A DNA stretch of 64,000 bases from Escherichia coli (GTDB lineage: Bacteria > Pseudomonadota > Gammaproteobacteria > Enterobacterales > Enterobacteriaceae): the NCBI RefSeq assembly GCF_050320075.1, contig NZ_CP190018.1. One strand, written 5' to 3'. The first letter of the stretch is position 1. Each line of letters begins with the position of its first letter. Shown here in pieces: positions 23,142 through 38,439 of the stretch. The notes below the pieces were generated by a model that saw only the letters and a program-made list of their open reading frames with translations, ran no database searches and was not told the origin of the DNA. Position numbers and translations under genes: made by a program.

Positions 23142-23365
23142 TCATCATACCGTTTATTCAATGTGCTGTGAGTAACTTTCACTTCCGTATTTGCATAACG
23201 ATGTTTTAACATCTGCTGATGAAAGGCAGCGGCAATTACAATAATTATCGCTGTGAATACTGGATTATGTGCGCCGCCTCACGCACAATAATCAGGCTGT
23301 AAATCAGCTTAATAACTTTGCCCCCACGCAGGGCGGAGGCGTCACACCTGCAGGAGAAATCATAA

Positions 23366-24034
23366 ATGCCATCACTCAGTAAAGAAGCGGCCCTGGTTCA
23401 TGAAGCGTTAGTTGCGCGAGGACTGGAAACACCGCTGCGCCCGCCCGTGCATGAAATGGATAACGAAACGCGCAAAAGCCTTATTGCTGGTCATATGACC
23501 GAAATCATGCAGCTGCTGAATCTCGACCTGGCTGATGACAGTTTGATGGAAACGCCGCATCGCATCGCTAAAATGTATGTCGATGAAATTTTCTCCGGTC
23601 TGGATTACGCCAATTTCCCGAAAATCACCCTCATTGAAAACAAAATGAAGGTCGATGAAATGGTCACCGTGCGCGATATCACCCTGACCAGCACCTGTGA
23701 ACACCATTTTGTTACCATTGATGGCAAAGCGACGGTGGCTTATATCCCGAAAGATTCGGTGATCGGTCTGTCAAAAATTAACCGTATTGTGCAGTTCTTT
23801 GCCCAGCGTCCGCAGGTGCAGGAACGTCTGACCCAGCAAATTCTCATTGCGCTACAAACGCTGCTGGGCACCAATAACGTGGCTGTCTCTATCGACGCGG
23901 TGCATTACTGCGTGAAAGCGCGTGGCATCCGCGACGCAACCAGTGCCACAACAACGACCTCTCTTGGTGGATTGTTCAAATCCAGTCAGAATACGCGCCA
24001 CGAATTTCTGCGCGCTGTGCGTCATCACAACTGA
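23366..24034 (+). CDS. folE: GTP cyclohydrolase I
   Basis: 222-aa [27 protein letters not shown]... Confidence 0.95.
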
Positions 24035-24050
24035 TTAAAAGGCAGGAACC

Positions 24051-25208
24051 ATGGAGCGCAACGTCACGCTCGATTTTGTTCGCGGCGTCGCCATTCTGGG
24101 GATCCTGCTATTAAACATCAGCGCCTTTGGGCTACCAAAGGCGGCTTATCTCAATCCCGCCTGGTACGGCGCTATTATGCCGCAGGATGCATGGACCTGG
24201 GCATTTCTCGATCTCATCGGCCAGGTGAAATTCCTCACGCTTTTTGCGCTGCTGTTTGGTGCTGGCCTGCAAATGTTGCTGCCCCGTGGCAGACGCTGGA
24301 TCCAGTCGCGGTTAACGCTGTTAGTCTTGCTGGGCTTTATTCACGGTTTATTGTTCTGGGACGGCGATATTCTGCTGGCTTACGGGCTGGTGGGCTTAAT
24401 CTGCTGGCGGCTGGTGCGCGATGCGCCATCAGTAAAAAGCCTGTTTAATACAGGCGTCATGCTTTATCTGGTGGGGCTTGGCGTTTTGATGTTATTGGGG
24501 CTGATTTCCGACAGCCAGACCAGCCGCGCCTGGACGCCGGATGCATCGGCTATTTTGTATGAAAAATACTGGAAGCTTCACGGCGGCGTTGAAGCGATCA
24601 GTAATCGTGCCGACGGTGTTGGCAACAGTTTACTGGCACTGGGCGCACAGTATGGCTGGCAACTGGCAGGGATGATGCTCATTGGTGCGGCGCTGATGCG
24701 CAGCGGCTGGCTGAAAGGGCAGTTCAGCTTACGTCACTATCGTCGTACTGGTTTTGTGCTGGTGGCGATTGGGGTGACCATTAACCTTCCTGCCATCGCC
24801 CTGCAATGGCAGCTGGACTGGGCGTATCGCTGGTGTGCCTTCTTACTTCAAATGCCGCGGGAACTGAGTGCGCCGTTTCAGGCGATTGGCTATGCGTCGC
24901 TGTTTTATGGTTTCTGGCCGCAATTAAGCCGCTTTAAGCTGGTGCTTGCGATCGCCTGCGTCGGACGGATGGCGCTGACCAACTATCTATTGCAAACGCT
25001 GATTTGTACCACGCTTTTTTACCACCTCGGTTTGTTTATGCATTTTGACCGCCTGGAGCTGCTGGCGTTTGTTATTCCGGTATGGCTGGCGAATATCCTC
25101 TTCTCTGTTATCTGGCTGCGTTACTTCCGCCAGGGGCCGGTGGAATGGCTCTGGCGTCAGTTAACTTTGCGTGCTGCCGGACCGGCAATATCTAAAACAT
25201 CAAGATAA
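24051..25208 (+). CDS. yeiB: DUF418-family inner membrane protein YeiB
   Basis: 385-aa multi-TM ORF immediately after folE. Confidence 0.88.
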   Translation: MERNVTLDFVRGVAILGILLLNISAFGLPKAAYLNPAWYGAIMPQDAWTWAFLDLIGQVKFLTLFALLFGAGLQMLLPRGRRWIQSRLTLLVLLGFIHGLLFWDGDILLAYGLVGLICWRLVRDAPSVKSLFNTGVMLYLVGLGVLMLLGLISDSQTSRAWTPDASAILYEKYWKLHGGVEAISNRADGVGNSLLALGAQYGWQLAGMMLIGAALMRSGWLKGQFSLRHYRRTGFVLVAIGVTINLPAIALQWQLDWAYRWCAFLLQMPRELSAPFQAIGYASLFYGFWPQLSRFKLVLAIACVGRMALTNYLLQTLICTTLFYHLGLFMHFDRLELLAFVIPVWLANILFSVIWLRYFRQGPVEWLWRQLTLRAAGPAISKTSR

Positions 25209-25238
25209 CGATCTGGATCACATTCGTTAACAAAACGG

Positions 25239-25254
25239 CTGTAACCGTTTCCAT
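25239..25254. promoter_or_regulatory. Candidate GalR/GalS operator upstream of galS
   Basis: cTGtAAcCGtTTcCAt fits the gal operator pattern TGnAAnCGnTTnCA. Confidence 0.5.
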
Positions 25255-25257
25255 TGC

Positions 25258-25273
25258 TGTGACTCGATTCACG
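25258..25273. promoter_or_regulatory. Candidate CRP site upstream of galS
   Basis: tgtga ctcgat tcacg, near-consensus TGTGA-N6-TCACA. Confidence 0.45.
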
Positions 25274-25349
25274 AAGTCCTGTATTCAGTGCTGACAAAAT
25301 AGCCGCCAGCAAGCAGTCATTTACTGCAATCTCATAACAGGTAGTGAAT

Positions 25350-26390
25350 ATGATCACCATTCGTGATGTAGCGCGTCAGGCTGGCGTCTCTGTGGCAACG
25401 GTTTCCCGAGTGCTCAATAACAGTACGCTGGTCAGTGCCGACACGCGTGAAGCAGTAATGAAAGCCGTTAGTGAGCTGGATTATCGACCAAATGCCAATG
25501 CCCAGGCGCTGGCAACTCAGGTTAGCGACACCATTGGCGTGGTGGTGATGGACGTTTCTGATGCGTTTTTCGGCGCGCTGGTAAAAGCGGTGGATCTGGT
25601 CGCCCAGCAGCATCAGAAATACGTGCTAATCGGCAATAGCTATCATGAAGCGGAAAAAGAGCGTCACGCCATTGAGGTGTTAATTCGCCAGCGTTGTAAT
25701 GCATTGATTGTTCACTCAAAAGCATTGAGTGACGATGAACTGGCACAATTTATGGATAACATTCCCGGTATGGTGTTAATCAACCGCGTTGTGCCGGGGT
25801 ACGCCCATCGTTGCGTTTGCCTGGATAATCTCAGCGGTGCCCGAATGGCGACGCGCATGTTGCTGAATAACGGTCATCAACGTATTGGTTATCTTTCTTC
25901 CAGTCACGGCATTGAAGATGACGCCATGCGTAAAGCAGGCTGGATGAGTGCGTTGAAAGAGCAGGATATTATTCCGCCGGAAAGCTGGATTGGCACTGGC
26001 ACGCCGGACATGCCGGGCGGTGAGGCGGCGATGGTTGAACTGCTGGGGCGCAATCTACAACTTACCGCTGTATTTGCTTATAACGACAATATGGCCGCTG
26101 GCGCACTGACAGCATTAAAAGATAATGGCATTGCGATTCCGTTACATCTCTCAATCATCGGTTTCGATGATATTCCCATCGCCCGTTACACCGACCCGCA
26201 ATTAACGACTGTGCGTTATCCCATTGCTTCAATGGCGAAATTAGCCACCGAACTGGCCTTGCAGGGGGCAGCAGGCAATATTGATCCGCGTGCCAGCCAC
26301 TGTTTTATGCCGACGTTAGTGCGTCGCCATTCTGTCGCAACGCGCCAGAATGCGGCGGCGATCACTAACTCAACAAATCAGGCGATGTAA
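25350..26390 (+). CDS. galS: Galactose isorepressor GalS (LacI family)
   Basis: [24 protein letters not shown]... HTH; the listed ORF starts two codons upstream (MNM...). Confidence 0.92.
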   Translation: MITIRDVARQAGVSVATVSRVLNNSTLVSADTREAVMKAVSELDYRPNANAQALATQVSDTIGVVVMDVSDAFFGALVKAVDLVAQQHQKYVLIGNSYHEAEKERHAIEVLIRQRCNALIVHSKALSDDELAQFMDNIPGMVLINRVVPGYAHRCVCLDNLSGARMATRMLLNNGHQRIGYLSSSHGIEDDAMRKAGWMSALKEQDIIPPESWIGTGTPDMPGGEAAMVELLGRNLQLTAVFAYNDNMAAGALTALKDNGIAIPLHLSIIGFDDIPIARYTDPQLTTVRYPIASMAKLATELALQGAAGNIDPRASHCFMPTLVRRHSVATRQNAAAITNSTNQAM

Positions 26391-26400
26391 CCGCTTTCAA
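26385..26400. promoter_or_regulatory. Candidate GalR/GalS operator of the mgl promoter, overlapping the galS stop codon
   Basis: aTGtAAcCGcTTtCAa fits TGnAAnCGnTTnCA; sits directly upstream of the CRP site. Confidence 0.55.
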
Positions 26401-26402
26401 TC

Positions 26403-26418
26403 TGTGAGTGATTTCACA
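26403..26418. promoter_or_regulatory. Candidate CRP site of the mgl promoter
   Basis: tgtga gtgatt tcaca, perfect TGTGA-N6-TCACA. Confidence 0.6.
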
Positions 26419-26669
26419 GTATCTTAACAATGTGATAGCTATGATTGCACCGTTTTAACGTTGTAACCCGTATGTAACAGTGAATAATCACTTTCACCGA
26501 GGTAATAGCGTCATAACAACAATTAAAGCCGTTTTCTGGAGCGTTACCGGGCATGGAAGAACGAATTTTAAAAAGTGAGCTTCGGCGTTCAGTAACACTT
26601 CATTAACTCTACTGCCCCGCCGAGCATTTATCTCAAGCACTACCCTGCATAAGAAAAACCGGAGATACC

Positions 26670-27668
26670 ATGAATAAGAAGGTGTTAACCCTGTCTGCTG
26701 TGATGGCCAGCATGTTATTCGGTGCCGCTGCACACGCTGCTGATACTCGCATTGGTGTAACAATCTATAAGTACGACGATAACTTTATGTCTGTAGTGCG
26801 CAAGGCTATTGAGCAAGATGCGAAAGCCGCGCCAGATGTTCAGCTGCTGATGAATGATTCTCAGAATGACCAGTCCAAGCAGAACGATCAGATCGACGTA
26901 TTGCTGGCGAAAGGGGTGAAGGCACTGGCAATCAACCTGGTTGACCCGGCAGCTGCGGGTACGGTGATTGAGAAAGCGCGTGGGCAAAACGTGCCGGTGG
27001 TTTTCTTCAACAAAGAACCGTCTCGTAAGGCGCTGGATAGCTACGACAAAGCCTACTACGTTGGCACTGACTCCAAAGAGTCCGGCATTATTCAGGGCGA
27101 TTTGATTGCTAAACACTGGGCGGCGAATCAGGGTTGGGATCTGAACAAAGACGGTCAGATTCAGTTCGTACTGCTGAAAGGTGAGCCGGGCCATCCGGAT
27201 GCAGAAGCACGTACCACTTACGTGATTAAAGAATTGAACGACAAAGGCATCAAAACTGAACAGTTACAGTTAGATACCGCTATGTGGGATACCGCTCAGG
27301 CGAAAGATAAGATGGACGCCTGGCTGTCTGGCCCGAACGCCAACAAAATCGAAGTGGTTATCGCCAACAACGATGCGATGGCAATGGGCGCGGTAGAAGC
27401 TCTGAAAGCACACAACAAGTCCAGCATTCCGGTGTTTGGCGTCGATGCGCTGCCAGAAGCGCTGGCGCTGGTGAAATCCGGTGCACTGGCGGGCACCGTA
27501 CTGAACGATGCTAACAACCAGGCTAAAGCGACCTTTGATTTGGCGAAAAACCTGGCCGATGGCAAAGGTGCGGCTGATGGCACCAACTGGAAAATCGACA
27601 ACAAAGTGGTCCGCGTACCTTATGTTGGCGTAGATAAAGACAACCTGGCTGAATTCAGCAAGAAATAA
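26670..27668 (+). CDS. mglB: Galactose/glucose-binding periplasmic protein MglB
   Basis: 332-aa ORF with signal peptide [23 protein letters not shown]. Confidence 0.95.
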   Translation: MNKKVLTLSAVMASMLFGAAAHAADTRIGVTIYKYDDNFMSVVRKAIEQDAKAAPDVQLLMNDSQNDQSKQNDQIDVLLAKGVKALAINLVDPAAAGTVIEKARGQNVPVVFFNKEPSRKALDSYDKAYYVGTDSKESGIIQGDLIAKHWAANQGWDLNKDGQIQFVLLKGEPGHPDAEARTTYVIKELNDKGIKTEQLQLDTAMWDTAQAKDKMDAWLSGPNANKIEVVIANNDAMAMGAVEALKAHNKSSIPVFGVDALPEALALVKSGALAGTVLNDANNQAKATFDLAKNLADGKGAADGTNWKIDNKVVRVPYVGVDKDNLAEFSKK

Positions 27669-27728
27669 GACTGATTGGGCGCAGTCGTTTACTGCGCCCT
27701 TATTGTATGGCCAACAAGGTAAAATTAT

Positions 27729-29249
27729 ATGGTCAGCTCAACGACTCCGTCTTCCGGGGAATACTTGTTGGAAATGAGCGGTATCAACAAGTCTTTTCCT
27801 GGTGTTAAGGCACTTGATAACGTTAATTTAAAAGTCCGGCCACATTCTATCCATGCATTAATGGGGGAAAACGGCGCAGGAAAATCAACATTATTAAAAT
27901 GCCTGTTTGGTATTTATCAAAAAGACTCCGGCACCATTTTATTCCAGGGTAAAGAGATCGATTTCCATTCTGCCAAAGAAGCGCTGGAAAATGGTATTTC
28001 GATGGTACACCAGGAGTTAAACCTGGTATTACAACGTTCGGTGATGGATAACATGTGGCTGGGGCGATATCCCACCAAAGGCATGTTTGTCGATCAGGAC
28101 AAAATGTACCGCGAAACCAAAGCGATTTTTGATGAACTGGATATTGATATCGATCCGCGTGCGCGCGTCGGCACATTATCCGTTTCGCAAATGCAGATGA
28201 TCGAAATCGCCAAAGCGTTTTCCTATAACGCGAAAATTGTGATTATGGATGAACCGACTTCTTCGTTAACCGAAAAAGAGGTCAATCATCTGTTCACTAT
28301 TATTCGTAAATTAAAAGAGCGCGGCTGCGGTATTGTTTATATCTCACATAAAATGGAAGAAATCTTCCAGTTATGTGATGAAGTTACCGTATTGCGCGAC
28401 GGTCAGTGGATCGCCACTGAACCGCTGGCAGGACTGACGATGGACAAGATCATCGCCATGATGGTTGGGCGTTCTCTTAACCAGCGTTTCCCTGACAAAG
28501 AAAACAAGCCGGGCGAAGTGATTCTTGAAGTGCGTAACCTGACGTCGCTGCGCCAGCCGTCGATTCGCGATGTCTCGTTTGATCTGCATAAAGGGGAGAT
28601 CCTCGGTATTGCCGGTCTGGTGGGGGCGAAACGTACCGATATTGTTGAGACGTTATTTGGTATTCGCGAGAAATCGGCTGGCACCATTACGTTGCACGGC
28701 AAAAAGATCAATAACCATAATGCCAACGAAGCCATAAACCACGGATTTGCACTGGTAACTGAAGAGCGCCGCTCAACGGGAATTTATGCCTATCTGGATA
28801 TCGGTTTTAACTCGTTAATTTCCAATATTCGCAACTACAAAAATAAAGTTGGTTTACTGGATAACTCGCGGATGAAAAGTGATACCCAGTGGGTGATTGA
28901 TTCGATGCGGGTAAAAACACCGGGGCATCGGACGCAAATTGGTTCGCTCTCCGGTGGTAATCAGCAAAAGGTGATTATTGGTCGCTGGCTGTTAACGCAA
29001 CCAGAAATATTAATGCTCGATGAACCGACGCGCGGTATTGATGTCGGGGCGAAGTTTGAGATCTATCAGTTAATTGCCGAGCTGGCGAAGAAAGGCAAGG
29101 GGATTATTATTATCTCCTCCGAAATGCCAGAGTTGTTAGGGATAACAGACCGTATTCTGGTCATGAGTAATGGTCTCGTTTCCGGAATTGTCGATACAAA
29201 AACAACAACGCAAAACGAAATTCTGCGTCTTGCGTCTTTGCACCTTTAA
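27729..29249 (+). CDS. mglA: Galactose ABC transporter ATPase MglA (two ABC domains)
   Basis: 506-aa ORF; Walker [10 protein letters not shown]. Confidence 0.95.
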   Translation: MVSSTTPSSGEYLLEMSGINKSFPGVKALDNVNLKVRPHSIHALMGENGAGKSTLLKCLFGIYQKDSGTILFQGKEIDFHSAKEALENGISMVHQELNLVLQRSVMDNMWLGRYPTKGMFVDQDKMYRETKAIFDELDIDIDPRARVGTLSVSQMQMIEIAKAFSYNAKIVIMDEPTSSLTEKEVNHLFTIIRKLKERGCGIVYISHKMEEIFQLCDEVTVLRDGQWIATEPLAGLTMDKIIAMMVGRSLNQRFPDKENKPGEVILEVRNLTSLRQPSIRDVSFDLHKGEILGIAGLVGAKRTDIVETLFGIREKSAGTITLHGKKINNHNANEAINHGFALVTEERRSTGIYAYLDIGFNSLISNIRNYKNKVGLLDNSRMKSDTQWVIDSMRVKTPGHRTQIGSLSGGNQQKVIIGRWLLTQPEILMLDEPTRGIDVGAKFEIYQLIAELAKKGKGIIIISSEMPELLGITDRILVMSNGLVSGIVDTKTTTQNEILRLASLHL

Positions 29250-29264
29250 GATTAGGGGCTTCCC

Positions 29265-30275
29265 ATGAGTGCGTTAAATAAGAAAAGTTTTCTTACTTAC
29301 CTGAAAGAGGGCGGTATTTACGTCGTTCTTTTAGTTTTGCTGGCAATTATTATTTTCCAGGATCCTACATTTTTAAGTCTGTTGAACTTAAGTAATATTC
29401 TCACCCAGTCATCGGTGCGTATTATTATCGCGCTTGGTGTGGCAGGGTTAATTGTCACCCAGGGGACCGACCTTTCTGCGGGGCGTCAAGTAGGGCTGGC
29501 GGCAGTGGTGGCAGCGACATTATTGCAGTCCATGGATAACGCCAACAAAGTGTTCCCGGAAATGGCGACGATGCCGATTGCGCTGGTTATTCTGATTGTC
29601 TGTGCCATTGGTGCGGTGATCGGTTTGATCAACGGTCTGATTATCGCCTATCTCAACGTGACGCCGTTCATTACCACGCTCGGCACGATGATCATCGTCT
29701 ATGGCATCAACTCGCTCTATTACGACTTTGTCGGGGCGTCGCCGATTTCTGGTTTCGACAGTGGCTTCTCTACCTTTGCTCAGGGCTTTGTCGCGCTGGG
29801 GAGTTTCCGTCTCTCTTACATCACCTTCTACGCGCTGATTGCGGTGGCGTTCGTCTGGGTGTTGTGGAACAAAACCCGCTTCGGCAAGAACATTTTTGCT
29901 ATCGGCGGTAACCCGGAAGCGGCAAAAGTTTCTGGTGTCAACGTCGGCCTGAACCTGCTGATGATCTACGCGTTGTCTGGTGTGTTCTATGCCTTCGGCG
30001 GGATGTTAGAAGCCGGACGTATCGGCTCTGCCACCAACAACCTCGGCTTTATGTATGAACTGGATGCTATCGCGGCGTGCGTGGTGGGCGGCGTATCGTT
30101 CAGCGGCGGTGTGGGGACGGTGATTGGCGTGGTGACCGGGGTAATTATTTTTACCGTCATCAACTATGGCCTGACGTACATCGGTGTAAACCCGTACTGG
30201 CAGTACATCATCAAAGGGGCGATTATTATCTTCGCCGTGGCGCTGGATTCACTGAAATACGCGCGTAAGAAGTGA
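29265..30275 (+). CDS. mglC: Galactose ABC transporter permease MglC
   Basis: 336-aa multi-TM ORF. Confidence 0.93.
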   Translation: MSALNKKSFLTYLKEGGIYVVLLVLLAIIIFQDPTFLSLLNLSNILTQSSVRIIIALGVAGLIVTQGTDLSAGRQVGLAAVVAATLLQSMDNANKVFPEMATMPIALVILIVCAIGAVIGLINGLIIAYLNVTPFITTLGTMIIVYGINSLYYDFVGASPISGFDSGFSTFAQGFVALGSFRLSYITFYALIAVAFVWVLWNKTRFGKNIFAIGGNPEAAKVSGVNVGLNLLMIYALSGVFYAFGGMLEAGRIGSATNNLGFMYELDAIAACVVGGVSFSGGVGTVIGVVTGVIIFTVINYGLTYIGVNPYWQYIIKGAIIIFAVALDSLKYARKK

Positions 30276-30290
30276 TGTGATTGTGGGTAT

Positions 30291-30340
30291 TGCCGGATGC
30301 GTCGCATCCGGCAATCGGTGCCAAATGCCGGATGCGTCGC
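30291..30340. repeat. REP (BIME) elements between mglC and preA
   Basis: gccggatgcgtcgcatccggc palindrome plus a second atgccggatgcgtcgc copy. Confidence 0.75.
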
Positions 30341-30345
30341 TGGTT

Positions 30346-31581
30346 TTACAATGTTACAGAGTGTTCTTTCTCTCCCTTCTTAAACTTCACTTCCCCAAGC
30401 TCAATACAACCCACCGGGCAGACGTGACCACAAAGCAGACAACCCACGCATTTCTCGGTATTACAATGCGGCGTGCGTGTTTTCTCGCTCCATTCCATCG
30501 CCTGGTGACCGCCGTCGTAACAGGAAATATAACAGCGTCCACAGCCAACACATTTATCGAGATTGATACGGGGATAGACAATATAACTGCGGTCTAAATC
30601 TTCCGCCGGAACAATATTGTTATTCGCCAGACCTACCATCTCCTGCAACGAATCAAATCCCTGATCGGCGAGATAATGCGACAACCCGCTCGCCATATCT
30701 TCCACTATCCGATACCCGTACTGCATAATGCCGGTGGTCACCTGTAACGTTGCTGCGCCGAGCAATAAAAACTCCGCCGCATCCTCCCAGGTTTCAATGC
30801 CGCCGATACCGCTGATCGGGAAATCGCGCAGCTCTGGATGGGTACGTATTTGCTGAATGAAGCGCAGGGCGATCGGTTTTACCGCTTTACCGGAATATCC
30901 GGAAATACTCGATTTACCGTTAACGATCGGCATACCGATTTTCTGATTAAGATCGATATTGGTGATGGATTTAACGGTGTTAATCGCCGCAATGCCATCT
31001 GCGCCGCCGCGCTTCGCCGCCAGCGCCACTTCGCACATATCACCGATATTCGGCGTCATCTTCGCCAGCATTGGCAGCGTGGAACCACGTTTTACTGCCC
31101 GACAATATTTTTCTACCAGCTCCGGGCTTTGCCCGACATCGCTACCCATCGCATGAGAAGTCATTTGCGGACAGGAGAAGTTACACTCGATCATATCCGC
31201 GCCAGCTTCTTGCACCAGACGCGCCAGCTCTTCCCATTGCTGCTCATTTTCGCCCATGATTGAAGCGATCAATACTTTGTCCGGGTAATCTTCTTTCAGC
31301 CGACGCAGGGCGGCCAGATTATCTTCCAACGGATGTTCAGCAATCTGCTCCATATTTTTGAAGCCGATAAAACCGGTATCTTCTTTCACCAGATGATCAA
31401 AACGCGGCGAGACTTCGTTGGCGATAAAAAAGCCGATCGTTTTAAACACCACGCCGCCCCAGCCAGTGTCGTAGGCTTTGGCACACATCTCATAGCAGTT
31501 GCCTACCGGCGAAGAAGAGAGGCAGAACGGGTTGGGAAACTTCACGCCGCAAAAAGTAATCGAAAGATCTTTCGTTAACAT
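30346..31581 (-). CDS. preA: NAD-dependent dihydropyrimidine dehydrogenase subunit PreA (YeiA)
   Basis: [19 protein letters not shown]...; C-terminal 4Fe-4S Cys clusters; listed ORF starts two codons upstream. Confidence 0.92.
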   Translation of the reverse strand: MLTKDLSITFCGVKFPNPFCLSSSPVGNCYEMCAKAYDTGWGGVVFKTIGFFIANEVSPRFDHLVKEDTGFIGFKNMEQIAEHPLEDNLAALRRLKEDYPDKVLIASIMGENEQQWEELARLVQEAGADMIECNFSCPQMTSHAMGSDVGQSPELVEKYCRAVKRGSTLPMLAKMTPNIGDMCEVALAAKRGGADGIAAINTVKSITNIDLNQKIGMPIVNGKSSISGYSGKAVKPIALRFIQQIRTHPELRDFPISGIGGIETWEDAAEFLLLGAATLQVTTGIMQYGYRIVEDMASGLSHYLADQGFDSLQEMVGLANNNIVPAEDLDRSYIVYPRINLDKCVGCGRCYISCYDGGHQAMEWSEKTRTPHCNTEKCVGCLLCGHVCPVGCIELGEVKFKKGEKEHSVTL

Positions 31582-32813
31582 GAGCAAGCTCCCTCTAAAT
31601 AGTGATGAATCGCCTCGGCGGCTTCTTTCCCGGTTTTCACGGCATAGACCACGGTTTTGTCCCCCTCAACAATATCGCCAGCAGCAAAGACTTGCGGATC
31701 GCGGGTCTGGTAATTTTGTGTATTGATGGTGTTACGCTGCGGCTCTAACTCCGCAAAGGCATCCAGTCTGGCATGCTGACCGACGGCGAGAATAATTTTA
31801 TCTGCCGCCATCGTCAGTTCGCCCGGTAACCGTACATGCTTAAACGTGACTTTATTGCCTTCCACGGCTACTGGCGTGAATCCATCGATGATCGAAACGC
31901 CCAGCTCCCGAGCGCTGGCAAACTCTTTTTCGCTTGCCGGAAACTCATCTAACTCTTCACGCGCTACGCAAGTTACCGCCTGACAGCCGAGAACTTTCAG
32001 CGTGCTGGCTACGTCCATCGCGACATCACCGCCGCCGATAATTAATGCGCTTTGTGGAATGCTGATATCGCCTTGCGCCTGTCGTGCACGTTGCAAGAAG
32101 TCGACGGCAATCTCAACGTCGCTATGCTCAAACAGTGGTAGCCCCGAACCGCTCGATAACCCCACGGTGACCAGTACCGCGCGGTTTTCCGCTTTCAGCT
32201 GATCCAGGGTAAATGTGTTACCGATTTCGTTATTGCACTTAATGGTCACGCCCATTTTTTCAATACGGGCGATTTCTGCATCCAGTACTGATTGCGGTAA
32301 CCGGAATTGCGGAATGCCGTTACGCAACCAGCCACCGGGTTGTGCTTCTTTCTCATAGATCGTGACGTCATAACCCTGGTTTGTCAGCGTCACACTGGCC
32401 TGCAATCCGGCAGGACCTGCGCCAATAATGGCGACTTTGCCGAGCGTTTTAGTACCGGGCTGATAAATTTCCATCCCAGTTTGTTGTTCAAAATCAGTAA
32501 CAAAACGCTGTAAGCGACCGATATCAATGGGAGTATCAACACCGGCACGGGTACAACCGCTTTGGCATAATTTCTCCGTCGGGCACACTCTGGCACAAAC
32601 GGCACCGAGGGCATTATTTTCGCGAATTGTCTCGGCAGCGCCTTTAAAATTACGAAAGTAGATTGAGCGAATAAATTTCCCCGGATCGGTCTGTGCCGGG
32701 CAAGCCTGACTACAGGGGGCGTCATGGCATAATAAACAGCGAGAGGCTTCTTTAATCGCCAGTAACGGTGTAAAAGCCGGAGTGAGTTCATCCAGATAAT
32801 TTTGTTGCGGCAT
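31575..32813 (-). CDS. preT: NAD-dependent dihydropyrimidine dehydrogenase subunit PreT (YeiT)
   Basis: 412-aa ORF; Fe-S Cys motifs and FAD/NAD GAGPAG fold; overlaps preA start. Confidence 0.92.
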   Translation of the reverse strand: MPQQNYLDELTPAFTPLLAIKEASRCLLCHDAPCSQACPAQTDPGKFIRSIYFRNFKGAAETIRENNALGAVCARVCPTEKLCQSGCTRAGVDTPIDIGRLQRFVTDFEQQTGMEIYQPGTKTLGKVAIIGAGPAGLQASVTLTNQGYDVTIYEKEAQPGGWLRNGIPQFRLPQSVLDAEIARIEKMGVTIKCNNEIGNTFTLDQLKAENRAVLVTVGLSSGSGLPLFEHSDVEIAVDFLQRARQAQGDISIPQSALIIGGGDVAMDVASTLKVLGCQAVTCVAREELDEFPASEKEFASARELGVSIIDGFTPVAVEGNKVTFKHVRLPGELTMAADKIILAVGQHARLDAFAELEPQRNTINTQNYQTRDPQVFAAGDIVEGDKTVVYAVKTGKEAAEAIHHYLEGACSC

Positions 32814-32874
32814 GTGATCTTCCTTAATGCTATGAGTAATTAAGGCGAACGCTAAATATACTCGTCATACTTCA

Positions 32875-33045
32875 AGTTGCATGTGCTGCGTCTGCGGGTT
32901 ATTCGGCCCATCCATGGGCCTCACCCCTTATGGGGCCGCTGCAGGCAGCGTTCAAATCCGCTCCATGCGGATTTGTCGCTCACCCCAGTCACTTACTTAT
33001 GTAAGCTCCTGGGGACTCTCTCACTTGTCGCCTTCCTGCAACTCG
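32875..33045. repeat. ERIC (IRU) intergenic repeat element
   Basis: Contains gctcaccccagtcacttacttatgtaagctcctggggac, the reverse complement of the ERIC core; boundaries approximate. Confidence 0.7.
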
Positions 33046-33293
33046 AATTATTTAGAGTATAAATATTGCGTGCTGATATTAAGGCTATGCGCGTGGGGAA
33101 ATTTAAACTGTGAAAGGATTCACAAATAGCTGTGGTTCAGAATGTTATATCCGCAGCTTATTGAGTGAAGTAATAATTATTCTCAATAATTAACAGAAAA
33201 GAGAAAATATTAACGATAGAAAATAAGATAAACAATCAGGTAATGGTGCCAACTTACTGATTTAGTGTATGATGGTGTTTTTGAGGTGCTCCC

Positions 33294-33569
33294 GTGGCTT
33301 CCATCTCCATCAGTTGTCCCTCCTGCTCAGCTACTGAAGGCGTGGTGCGTAACGGTAAAAGTACTGCCGGACATCAGCGCTATCTCTGCTCTCACTGCCG
33401 TAAAACATGGCAACTGCAGTTCACTTACACCGCTTCTCAACCCGGTACACACCAGAAAATCATTGATATGGCCATGAATGGTGTTGGATGCCGGGCAACC
33501 GCCCGCATTATGGGCGTTGGCCTCAACACGATTTTACGTCACTTAAAAAACTCAGGCCGCAGTCGGTAA
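33294..33569 (+). CDS. insA: IS1 InsA (variant)
   Basis: 91-aa [21 protein letters not shown]...; 3 substitutions relative to the copy at 9811. Confidence 0.95.
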   Translation: MASISISCPSCSATEGVVRNGKSTAGHQRYLCSHCRKTWQLQFTYTASQPGTHQKIIDMAMNGVGCRATARIMGVGLNTILRHLKNSGRSR

Positions 33570-33991
33570 CCTCGCGCATACAGCCGGGCAGTGATGTGAT
33601 TGTCTGCGCTGAAATGGACGAACAGTGGGGCTACGTCGGTGCTAAATCACGTCAGCGCTGGCTGTTTTACGCGTATGACAGGATACGGAGGACGGTTGTG
33701 GCGCACGTCTTCGGTGAACGCACTCTGGCCACACTGGAGCGTCTTCTGAGCCTGCTGTCGGCCTTTGAGGTCGTGGTATGGATGACGGATGGCTGGCCGC
33801 TGTATGAATCCCGCCTGAAGGGAAAGCTGCACGTAATCAGCAAGCGTTACACTCAGCGCATTGAGCGACATAACCTGAATCTGAGACAACATCTGGCAAG
33901 GCTGGGACGGAAGTCACTGTCGTTCTCAAAATCGGTGGAGCTGCATGACAAAGTCATCGGGCATTATCTGAACATAAAACACTATCAGTAA
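33488..33991 (+). CDS. insB: IS1 InsB (variant)
   Basis: 167-aa ORF; about 12 substitutions relative to the copy at 10005. Confidence 0.93.
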   Translation: MPGNRPHYGRWPQHDFTSLKKLRPQSVTSRIQPGSDVIVCAEMDEQWGYVGAKSRQRWLFYAYDRIRRTVVAHVFGERTLATLERLLSLLSAFEVVVWMTDGWPLYESRLKGKLHVISKRYTQRIERHNLNLRQHLARLGRKSLSFSKSVELHDKVIGHYLNIKHYQ

Positions 33992-34001
33992 GTTGGAGTC
34001 A

Positions 34002-35982
<1,981 letters not shown>

Positions 35983-36111
35983 GGCGTTGCCTCATAATCA
36001 TGTAATGGGATAACAGTTTACGAACCCGTTGTGGCTTTATATGTGATCTGAATCTCATTAATTATGCAACGCGTGAAACATACATCAAAAATGCGCGACG
36101 CATCGCAAATT

Positions 36112-37238
<1,127 letters not shown>

Positions 37239-37440
37239 TTAATTCGTAAAACGTGCTACCGATCACATTAAGAAATCAGCGCTTATTTTTTCGCTCCCCG
37301 GCATTACGCAATGCGCAGCGAACTCAGGCATACATCAAGCATAGAGAGGGATTGCAGTTTGCAGCAATCCCTCTTTGCAGACCTTTAATCCGCTGACCAT
37401 AGGCGCTAACATAGCGCCTCATTTTTTTGCGGGTGATGAT

Positions 37441-38388
37441 ATGCGTGTGTTATTGGCACCGATGGAGGGAGTGCTTGACTCTCTGGTGCGTGAATTGCTG
37501 ACCGAAGTTAACGACTACGATCTGTGCATCACCGAGTTTGTCCGCGTGGTGGATCAACTGCTGCCGGTAAAAGTCTTTCATCGCATTTGCCCTGAGCTAC
37601 AAAACGCCAGCCGGACACCATCTGGTACGCTGGTGCGCGTGCAGTTGTTAGGTCAGTTCCCACAATGGCTGGCAGAGAACGCCGCCCGTGCGGTGGAGTT
37701 AGGTTCCTGGGGCGTGGATCTCAATTGCGGCTGCCCGTCGAAAACGGTTAACGGTAGCGGCGGCGGGGCGACGTTACTCAAAGATCCTGAACTCATCTAC
37801 CAGGGTGCAAAAGCGATGCGTGAAGCTGTACCGGCGCATTTGCCCGTCAGCGTGAAAGTGCGTCTGGGCTGGGACAGCGGTGAGAAGAAATTTGAAATCG
37901 CCGATGCGGTTCAACAGGCTGGCGCTACGGAGCTGGTGGTGCATGGGCGGACGAAAGAGCAGGGTTACCGCGCGGAGCATATTGACTGGCAGGCGATTGG
38001 CGATATTCGCCAGCGGCTGAATATTCCGGTGATTGCCAACGGTGAAATCTGGGACTGGCAGAGCGCGCAACAATGCATGGCGATCAGCGGCTGCGACGCA
38101 GTGATGATTGGTCGCGGGGCGCTCAATATTCCCAACCTGAGCCGGGTGGTAAAATATAACGAACCGCGAATGCCGTGGCCGGAGGTGGTTGCTTTGCTGC
38201 AAAAATATACCCGTCTGGAAAAGCAGGGCGATACCGGGTTATATCACGTTGCGCGGATTAAACAGTGGTTGAGTTATTTGCGTAAAGAATACGATGAAGC
38301 AACGGAATTATTTCAGCATGTTCGGGTGTTGAATAATTCCCCTGATATTGCAAGGGCTATTCAGGCAATTGATATCGAGAAACTCTAA
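37441..38388 (+). CDS. dusC: tRNA-dihydrouridine synthase C
   Basis: 315-aa protein from ATG at 37441 ([14 protein letters not shown]...); TIM-barrel Dus motifs. Confidence 0.92.
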
Positions 38389-38439
38389 AAAACCATAGTG
38401 ATGTTTTTTGACAATGTGTTAGCTCTTTATCAATAGGCC

